This document shows positions 34,239-41,955 of a stretch of 41,955 bases of DNA, piece by piece. Position numbers and translations under genes: made by a program. The notes beneath the pieces were generated by a model. That model saw nothing but the letters and a program-made list of their open reading frames with translations. It ran no database searches and was not told where the DNA came from. Where the stretch lies: the NCBI RefSeq assembly GCF_001194135.2, contig NC_069000.1, positions 34,571,709 to 34,613,663 on the forward strand. Reading direction: 5' to 3'. Each line of letters begins with the position of its first letter. The first letter of the stretch is position 1. The stretch comes from Octopus bimaculoides. Its lineage: Eukaryota.

Positions 34239-34626
34239 CAGGCATCGGCCACCTTTTTCGAGTAATGGGCCGGACGATCTTTCGGTATCGGCCTACAGTG
34301 TGTCGGTGTGAGAAGACGGCATCATTCACCCTCTTCTTTAGCCTAACCTCTTTATCTTATGACGGAAGGATGTGTGATTGAATGATGTCTACTAATACCA
34401 AAGATTTACCGCGGACTGCACGAGACAAGGTTCTTCATCAGGCGGGTCGCACCACTAAAAACTATTCGAGGCAATTTTTCGTTGAGGACTGGGGTCTACT
34501 AAAATTATTCAAGGTGGTGCCCCAGCATGACCGCAGTCTCCTGAATGAAAATAGTAAAAGATTAGAAATAAAAAGATAGCTATGCCATTCAGAAAAGTCC
34601 CGCGAGCTGCAGTTTGTCCATGACTG
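34239..34626. mobile_element. hAT-like MITE, long copy, with nested SINE A tail (34484-34577)
   Basis: Left end CAGGCATCGGCCACCTTTTTCGAG resembles 33230; right end CATTCAGAAAAGTCC...TTTGTCCATGACTG matches 33343-33381. Confidence 0.55.
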
Positions 34627-35571
34627 GTCTACACGGTTACCCGGTCTGCTAGAAATAGCAGTTAAACTACTTGTCTATTCGCTCGCCCGTATCGCATCCT
34701 GCCCATCTTCAGAGAGACACATAATGTAGCCTCGTGTTTCCCCAGCACGTTGACATACACACACACACACACACACACACACGTACACACACACACACAC
34801 ATACACACACGTCCACACACACGTCCACACACACGTCCACACACACACACACACANNNNNNNNNNNNNNNNNNNNNNNNNNNNNNNNNNNNNNNNNNNNN
34901 NNNNNNNNNNNNNNNNNNNNNNNNNNNNNNNNNNNNNNNNNNNNNNNNNNNNNNNNNNNNNNNNNNNNNNNNNNNNNNNNNNNNNNNNNNNNNNACACAC
35001 ACATAAACACAAAAGCAGAAAAAAAATACGGGATGGTCACGAATGGCTGGAATGCCTTTGATCACGAATCTTGCTCGATCAAGACTGACCTAAACAAAAG
35101 CTGCTACAATTACGTCAACTATTGCCGCCACCGCCGCCACTACCACCACCACCACCACCACCACCACTACTACTGCTGCGACTGCCGCTGTTCTCACTGT
35201 TGAAAACTACTACAAACTTGTGCAATCTATTTACTATCAACAATACAATTATCACTAACAATATAGTTATCACTAGAGCGTGCGGTGTGTGCGTGCGTGT
35301 GTGACAGTTTGGCAATGTTGGTGTGCCTACTTCATAGTCTGTGTGTGTGAGGTAGACTGCACCCGGGTGAGATTGCCTATATGTGTCAAAGTGTGTATGT
35401 TTGTATGTGGAAAGAGAGAGAGTGCGTGCGTGTGTGTGTATGTATGTTTAGTGCATCTGTGATTGTATTTGTGTCTGCCTAAGTTTTTTCAGCATTTGTT
35501 ATTTAACTGTGTGTGTGTATCTATCTATCTATCTATCTATCTATATACATAATTTAACAGGAAATTTTCAA

Positions 35572-35645
35572 TGGCCGGATAACTGAAGAGATGTTGGCGT
35601 GGATTCCCTACCCGGCATCCGAAACTCGGAGTTTTATCATGGCTA
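35572..35645 (+). ncRNA. Type I hammerhead ribozyme candidate, three stems, intact core
   Basis: Core CTGAAGA 35583-35589; stem II GATGTTGG/CCGGCATC; GAAA 35621-35624; stem III ACT/AGT; GUU triplet 35631-35633; stem I GATAA/TTATC plus TGGCC/GGCTA. Confidence 0.75.
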
Positions 35646-35681
35646 CCGAATAAGTCTCACATATTTTTACACACACACACA

Positions 35682-35773
35682 CCACCTTGGGCAAGTGTTT
35701 TCTGCTATAACCTCGGGCCGACCAAAGCCTTGTGAGTGGATTTGGTAGACGGAAACTGAAAGAAGCCCGTCGT
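35682..35773 (+). mobile_element. SINE family A, central fragment
   Basis: CACCTTGGGCAAGTG...GAAAGAAGCCCGTCG. Confidence 0.9.
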
Positions 35774-36405
35774 ATATATATATATATATATATATAATAC
35801 AAATAATAAATGAGTATACGCATATATACGTACATGTATGTACATACCTACATCTACATGTATATATAGATGCGTATCTGGGTACAGGACGTTGCAAAAA
35901 AAACGTGGACAAAATGATAAACAGAGTACAGAAAACACACAGGCCACATAGAGAACATTTCCTTCATCAGCTGCCACCATTCNNNNNNNNNNNNNNNNNN
36001 NNNNNNNNNNNNNNNNNNNNNNNNNNNNNNNNNNNNNNNNNNNNNNNNNNNNNNNNNNNNNNNNNNNNNNNNNNNNNNNNNNNNNNNNNNNNNNNNNNNN
36101 NNNNNNNNNNNNNNNNNNNNNNNNNNNNNNNNNNNNNNNNNNNNNNNNNNNNNNNNNNNNNNNNNNNNNNNNNNNNNNNNNNNNNNNNNNNNNNNNNNNN
36201 NNNNNNNNNNNNNNNNNNNNNNNNNNNNNNNNNNNNNNNNNNNNNNNNNNNNNNNNNNNNNNNNNNNNNNNNNNNNNNNNNNNNNNNNNNNNNNNNNNNN
36301 NNNNNNNNNNNNNNNNNNNNNNNNNNNNNNNNNNNNNNNNNNNNNNNNNNNNNNNNNNNNNNNNNNNNNNNNNNNNNNNNNNNNNNNNNNNNNNNNNNNN
36401 NNNNN

Positions 36406-36533
36406 AACGTGAGGACGTGCACAAAAAGAATATTAGCTTGACGCTCGATGAAAGGAGAGTTTAATGTTTCGAGCATCGCTCTTCGTCGGAAAGGAGAAAG
36501 GGAAAAGTCCAAAGAAGGAAAAGAAATCGCCAA
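36406..36533 (-). mobile_element. Family D hammerhead-like repeat
   Basis: Minus strand TTGGCGATT...ttt CCGACGA A GAGC-gat-GCTC GAA ACAT T aaa...CGAGCGTCAAGCTAA; matches 31683-31810 and 23985-24050. Confidence 0.75.
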
Positions 36534-36546
36534 CAGCACGTGTGTA

Positions 36547-36790
36547 GTTACAGTCATTAGACAGTGGCCATAATGGGGCACAGCCTTGAAGAAGTCTAGT
36601 CGACCCCAGTACTTTTTTTTCTTTTCCTTTAAGCCTGGTACTTATTCTACCGATCTAATTCGTGGAACCGCTAAGTTATGTGGCCGTAAACGCACCAACA
36701 CCGGTTGTCAAGCGATGGTGGGGAACAAACACAAGCACACATGCGCACACACACACATACACACACACACATACACACACACACACATTC
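36547..36790 (-). mobile_element. SINE family A, 3' half
   Basis: CAGTCATTAGACAGTGGCCAT...GGTTGTCAAGCGATGGTG. Confidence 0.85.
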
Positions 36791-37299
36791 ATACGTAAAG
36801 CTGATAAAACCCCGAATGGAAGCAAGGAAAAGGAGAGGGTTTGATATTTAATATATTAATATGCAGTGGTAGGGGGCTGGTAAGTTTATATAAGCTGTCG
36901 TTCAGATCGTCAACACACCCCTTTCTCTCCGGTCTCTCTCTCTCTACGATTTGTCACGTTAAAAGAATCAGGCGCAATCACTGAACGAGTTAACTGATAA
37001 GTATTTGTGCATGTAAGCATGTATGTGTGTGTGTGTGTGTGAAGAAGTGTGATAATCTGTATAGTTGCTTGACCTGTTGGAAATAATAGCCAAATCTCTC
37101 TCAATGTCACACGCTAGCCTTATATAAACGAAAGGACACATTGGATAAGATAGAAAAAAATACACACGCACCCACACACACGTATGCATACCCCATAAAA
37201 GAACTTTTTGTTTTTCTCACTTATTCCCTATAAAAGAACTTTCTGTTTTTCTCACCCACCTTTCTTATCGTTTATACTTTTCTCCCCCCCTCTCCCCCT

Positions 37300-37545
37300 C
37301 TCTTTCTTGACCCGGTGATCCGGAAGTTGTTTCTCTTTGATTACTTTCGCAAACAGCAATAACTTTCTTCAGCTGAATACACGTCATTGATTGGTTAAAA
37401 TTACCCGAATACAACTTTTAACACGAAATAACTTATAAAATACAAAATCTTGTCAAAAACGTTAAGAGTGAACCGTGTTCTACGTGACACATTCAGCCAA
37501 TATCCGAAGTTTCAAAGTGTTTAGATAAAAAAAATTAATTAAAAT
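37300..37545. mobile_element. Putative DNA-transposon-derived repeat fragment
   Basis: Resembles a recalled octopus repeat (CAGCTGAATAC...GATTGGTT...CCGAAGTTT.AAAGTG); single copy here. Confidence 0.35.
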
Positions 37546-38064
37546 ATCTGTGAGTGAGATTGAAAAGATCCTGTTTTTGTTTTTCACTGCATTGTTTCGT
37601 TCCAGGATGTTTTATACTCAACACCTACATTACTGATAAGCCTATACTGCATTTCATAGAAGGAGTCTGTTTTTACACTAGCTTATGAGAAATACTATTG
37701 TCTGAACGGCATTCCTTATTTGAAGACTTACTAGACTTGCTATGAGATAGGTTCACGCAAATTTATTTTTTATGTTGTGTATCGGAAGTTTTCTCTTTCT
37801 GTTTATTCTTTCGCTATATTAACTCAGGTCATAGCTCCATAAAATTCATAATTTATACAAACATTTGTTTAACACGGATGAAAAAAAAATGCATTGCTAA
37901 TAGTAAATATGATGTACTCTTTGGTGTACAAGTGTTTCTTTACCTAGTGTGTGCACATGTGTGTGTGTGTGTGTGTGCGTGAGTCTGGGTGCGCACGTGC
38001 AAATACACGGACATAGGTACGACTATGTTTATTCAATTTCCTGGTTGATCTACTTTTGACCAAA

Positions 38065-38225
38065 GTGTGTGGAAGGGCTTCGTGTGTGTGCGTGCGCGCG
38101 TCTTTGTGTTTGCGTTTCATTCTCTCTACTTTACAACCGGTATTGATTCGTTTACATTCCCGGAATTAAGTAGCTCCGCCGAAAGGGGCCGTTCGAATAA
38201 GTACCCAACTTAAAACTAAGTACTA
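38065..38225 (+). mobile_element. SINE family A, highly diverged
   Basis: ACAACCGGTATTG...GTTTACATTCCC...GAATAAGTAC weak match. Confidence 0.55.
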
Positions 38226-38716
38226 AGACTCATGAGTAAAACTCATGTCTGGAAACCTCGTGACATACTTAGATAGTTGAAAAACAATCGATAATAGGGC
38301 CCCTCCAATGGATCCTTCTATCTATTACATATTACTAATATTTTATTTAAACAACCGAAGAGTAATAACCCATACCACCTGCAGTTTTTAGCGAAGCGAT
38401 CAATATTTGATTCTCACGATCAGCCGACCTAATTCTGCATTTCACTACTCACATTTTTGAACTGCTAAACATTATTATTGCACTTCCTTAATTTGAATCT
38501 TAAACCTTAAAGACTCCATTCATACATTTCTATACATACATACATACATACATACATACTGTTTTGAATGCCCATTACTCCGATAATTCTGAATTTTTAC
38601 ATGACAGTAGATAAATTTTCTATTCCACAACGTATTTGTAGTGGCTTCATGCAGGCATAGTGTGGATATATATATATACATATATATACACACAAATGTA
38701 ATAATCTTACTTTCTA

Positions 38717-39005
38717 CCATTGCAGGTTTAGTCCCATTGCACGGCATCTTAAGCAAGTGTCTTCTACTATATAACGTCAGACTGAACAAAGCCTTGTGAA
38801 TAGATTTAGTTGACGGAAACTGAAAGAAGCCCATTGCATACATATGTATATATGTCTATGTCTATTTGTCGTTGTGTCTGTGATTGTCCCTGTCTCCATC
38901 ACCGTATCAGGCTTAAAAAATACTTAAAAGTACTGGAGTCAATTCGTCAAGGTGGTGCGACAGCATGGCCGCAGTCTAATGATTGAAACAAGTAAAAGAT
39001 AAAAG
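38717..39005 (+). mobile_element. SINE family A with internal deletion
   Basis: GGTTTAGTCCCATTGCACGGCATC...CAGCATGGCCGCAGTCTAATG. Confidence 0.85.
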
Positions 39006-39666
39006 AAACACACACACATATATTGATATATGCCACAATTTGTGACCAATAGTGTCGTTTGTTATGTGATAGATTTCCCCAAAAAATCAATCACCGCATT
39101 ATTGCATTATATGACAGCGAGGTTAACAAGTTTTAAAATCGATCCAAGAAACTTCGTTCATAACAACCTGCACTCTTACTTTTCTGTCTTTCTCCGTATC
39201 TCTCTCTCTCTGTCTCTCTCTATCTATCTGTCTGTCTGTCTCTCTGTCTATCTCTGTTTGTCTGTCTTCCTCTCTGTACACACACACACAACACACACGC
39301 ACATGGTGGGAGTCAACTCGTGACCGAGTAAGAGCACTTCCTAAACTCAGTAAGTTCATGAAAATGTTTCGAGAATCCAAGAGATTCCTGTGCATGAGTT
39401 CGTTTTGAGTGGATAAAGAGTTGTACAGCACTGAACCCACGTCTCAACGCAATCGTCTATAAACCAGTGACACAACAGAGGCTGAGACGACCAGGAAACA
39501 ACTGCACTTCAGGTGTTGTTTTTATAAGAGTTTACCTTCTCTTAGAAGCAAGATCTAACGAGAACTAGGGGCCTTTCGTTCTCAGTGGTTCTATATATCT
39601 ATCTATCTATCTTCGTTCTTTAGTCATTGCACGGTGATCGCTTATAAGCTTTAAGATTATAAAATA

Positions 39667-39996
39667 TTATTACTTCCGCCTTAGCGAAGGTGGAGGTATT
39701 GTTTTCAGTCGTGTTTGTTTGTTTGTCCGTAGACAAGATATCTCAAGAACTGCTGGATGGATTCGGATGAAACTTTAATGTCTACCATTCTGATCAATCA
39801 GGTACCGGATAAGGAATCTGGATTATTCTTCCGTTTTTTTTAAATTTCGTATTTGAGAGCGGTCGGGTTCAATTTTCGTATTCTCGTTTGTGAGAGCAGT
39901 CGAGTTTATTTCAGATATTCTCATTTAAAAAAATAATCTCCAACAAATCGTTGATGTTGCTTTGGCGAAGGTTTGCGCTCTCTGAGTGCTCCTGTT
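39667..39996 (+). mobile_element. Helentron-associated/DINE-1-like non-autonomous element
   Basis: 5' subTIR ACTTCCGCC (39672) with nearby IR GGTGGAGGT (39689), (GTTT)n tract, 3' subTIR GGCGAAGGT (39964), 3' hairpin GCGCTC-tct-GAGTGC. Confidence 0.65.
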
Positions 39997-40007
39997 ATAC
40001 ACATACA

Positions 40008-40038
<31 letters not shown>

Positions 40039-40039
40039 T

Positions 40040-40232
40040 ACGGAGATGTACTTGCATAGCAAGTGACCTGATCTGAGATCGTGTGTTGAAACATAAACAA
40101 TTGCAGCGTGGAAGGTGTTTATAAACCATTTAAAAATACATAAAAACCCTTAAATTCACTTCAACACTTAAATTTAATTTGTCAAAATATTTTCGTCGCT
40201 TTGAAACCGCTAAGTGTTCACTGATAAAATTC
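40040..40232 (-). mobile_element. PLE-like terminal repeat with decayed G3-C8 hammerhead variant
   Basis: Minus strand tatca GTGAACA ... GCGAC GAA AATATT T tgaca; tail has TTCAACACACGA shared with the palindrome families. Confidence 0.5.
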
Positions 40233-40238
40233 CGTGCT

Positions 40239-40278
<40 letters not shown>

Positions 40279-40502
40279 TTATGTGTGTGTATATGCACAC
40301 TGCGTAACTTTTACACGTTGCTTCTAGTAAATTCCATTTAAGTTCTCTGAGTCTACCTGAGATAACAGAAGACAGTTTTCCGAAGTGTCATGCCTTGGAA
40401 TCGAATTCGGAATCATACGATAATGAAATGAATTCTTCGGTTATAGTTACGTGTACTGAGTAGTATACATGCATAATAGTGTACGTATCATTGTGTATAT
40501 AT

Positions 40503-40562
40503 GAGCTTGCTTCCCAACCACATAGTTCCAGGTTCAGTCCCACTGCATGGCACCTTCGCCAA
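40503..40562 (+). mobile_element. SINE family A head fragment
   Basis: GCTTGCTTCCCAACCACATAGTTCCAGGTTCAGTCCCACTGCATGGCACC. Confidence 0.85.
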
Positions 40563-40864
40563 TTTTTTTTGTACGGTAATAAAGAGAGACAGAGACAGGC
40601 AGAAAAAAGGAAAATGTCCCTTGCATTTGAAAACTATGGAAATATATTGTTTTAAAAAATGTTTCATTTAATTTTTTCACAATTGAATTGTTTTTCATGC
40701 TTTACTCTAAGTTGAAAAAGTTACAATGACTGAAACCAGTACTAAAATATTCGTCGTGATAAAATTATTTTAGCATTTTCTACCTTGCCTTATTTTCCTT
40801 AGACATATCAACTCGTGTGTTCCTTTTCAACCTACACACACACATAATCCCTTTGGTAAATTTA

Positions 40865-41057
40865 CAGATTAACACCCGCACGATTTTCACTAGGGTGTTA
40901 GGGTTAGGGTTTTAGGGTCAGGGTTAGGGTTTTAGGGCTAGTTTTAGGGTTAGAGTTAGGGAATTCCGTCCCTAACCCTAACCGTAGCCCTAACCCTAAC
41001 CGTAATCCTAAACCCTAACCCTAACACCCTAGTGAAAATCGTGCGGGTGTTAATCTG
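40865..41057. repeat. Palindrome with perfect 48-bp arms enclosing convergent (TTAGGG)n/(CCCTAA)n arrays
   Basis: 40865-40912 is the exact reverse complement of 41010-41057; arrays meet at GGGAATTCC (about 40959-40967). Confidence 0.9.
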
Positions 41058-41084
41058 AAAATGTCCCCCCCCCCCCACACACTT

Positions 41085-41305
41085 GTGTGTATGCCTTTGT
41101 GTCTGTGTTTCTCCTCCACTATCGCTTGACAATTGATGTTGGTGTGTTCATTTACCCGTAACTTAGCGGTTCGGCAAAAGAGAACGATAGAATAAGTGCT
41201 AGGCTTACAAAGAATAAGTCCCGGCGTCGATTTCTTCGACTAAAAATACCCTTTAAGGCGATGCCCCAGCATGGCTGCAGTCAAATAACTGAAACAAAAG
41301 AATAT
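41085..41305 (+). mobile_element. SINE family A, 3' half
   Basis: CGCTTGACAATTG...AACTTAGCGGTTCGGCAAAAG...CAGCATGGCTGCAGTCAAA. Confidence 0.9.
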
Positions 41306-41344
41306 GTATATACTTGTGTGGTTGTATACTAATGTGTGTATAAA

Positions 41345-41521
41345 TATTGGTTTCAAATTTTGGCACAAGGTCAGCAATTTCGGGGGAGGAGTTAAATCGA
41401 TTACATCGACTCCGAAAGGGAAAGTTGACCTCGGCAGAATTTGAACTGAGAACAGAAAGATGGACGAAATGTCGCTAAGCATTTCGTCCGGCGTGCTAAC
41501 GGTTCTGCCAGCTCGCCGCCT
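41345..41521 (-). mobile_element. SINE family B, tail type 1, with internal deletion
   Basis: TTGGCACAAGGTCAGCAATTTCGG tail; head CTGCCAGCTCGCCGCCT; segment between two ATCGAC repeats absent. Confidence 0.9.
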
Positions 41522-41888
41522 GTGTGTGTATGCAATATTCCATAAAACTTTGTTTCAGTATTATTAATTGTATGTATGTATTATGTGTGTGTGTGTGCAG
41601 CCGTACGTGCGAGTGTGACTGTGAATATGTGTCGCTATGTGTCACTTTAATGACAGCAATGAAACATCTGTCATTGTATGTGTGCAAGCGTGTCAATGTT
41701 GTTACATATAGTGTGTGTGTGTGTGTGTGCATGTATTATGTGTAAGTTAATGTATGTACATATGTCCATGCCAGTATCAACATTTGCTATATATGCGTGT
41801 AGTTACGTCTCTCTCACTCTCTCTCTTTCTCTTTCTGTATGTACACACACACACATATATATATGCATCATACTTGCTTACACACGTG

Positions 41889-41889
<1 letters not shown>

Positions 41890-41955
<66 letters not shown>
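41890..41955. repeat. (CA)n microsatellite
   Basis: Directly visible. Confidence 0.95.

Noticed and set aside
39123-39440. 105-aa minus ORF with a plausible N-terminal half
   Set aside because: No recognisable domain, no clear splice signals, C-terminal half is microsatellite.

Overview
Repeat-dense, mostly non-coding eukaryotic DNA with many microsatellites and about 15 N-gaps (largest at 3426-3971, 18009-18870, 22867-23428, 24242-25014, 26653-27074, 29461-30181, 35983-36405). The SINE families and microsatellite load look like an octopus (coleoid cephalopod) genome; this is inference from recalled repeat sequences, not a search. No intact protein-coding gene is visible. There is one strong 38-nt micro-exon candidate (13534-13571, +). 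The window holds more than 30 copies of three tRNA-headed SINE families (here A, B, C), a decayed full-length mariner, RTE and Dong/R4-like LINE 3' ends, a tRNA-Glu fragment, several MITE-like elements and a Helentron/DINE-1-like element. The most notable signal is a set of hammerhead-ribozyme-like motifs of the Penelope-like-element (PLE) type. One is a nearly canonical three-stem type I hammerhead at 35572-35645. Minimal dimer-type motifs sit in three stereotyped asymmetric palindromes (5713-6040, 12058-12386, 14214-14676) and in a short dispersed family. Across these motifs the core 3-8 pair appears as C-G, U-A and G-C. All ribozyme calls were folded by eye and are untested.
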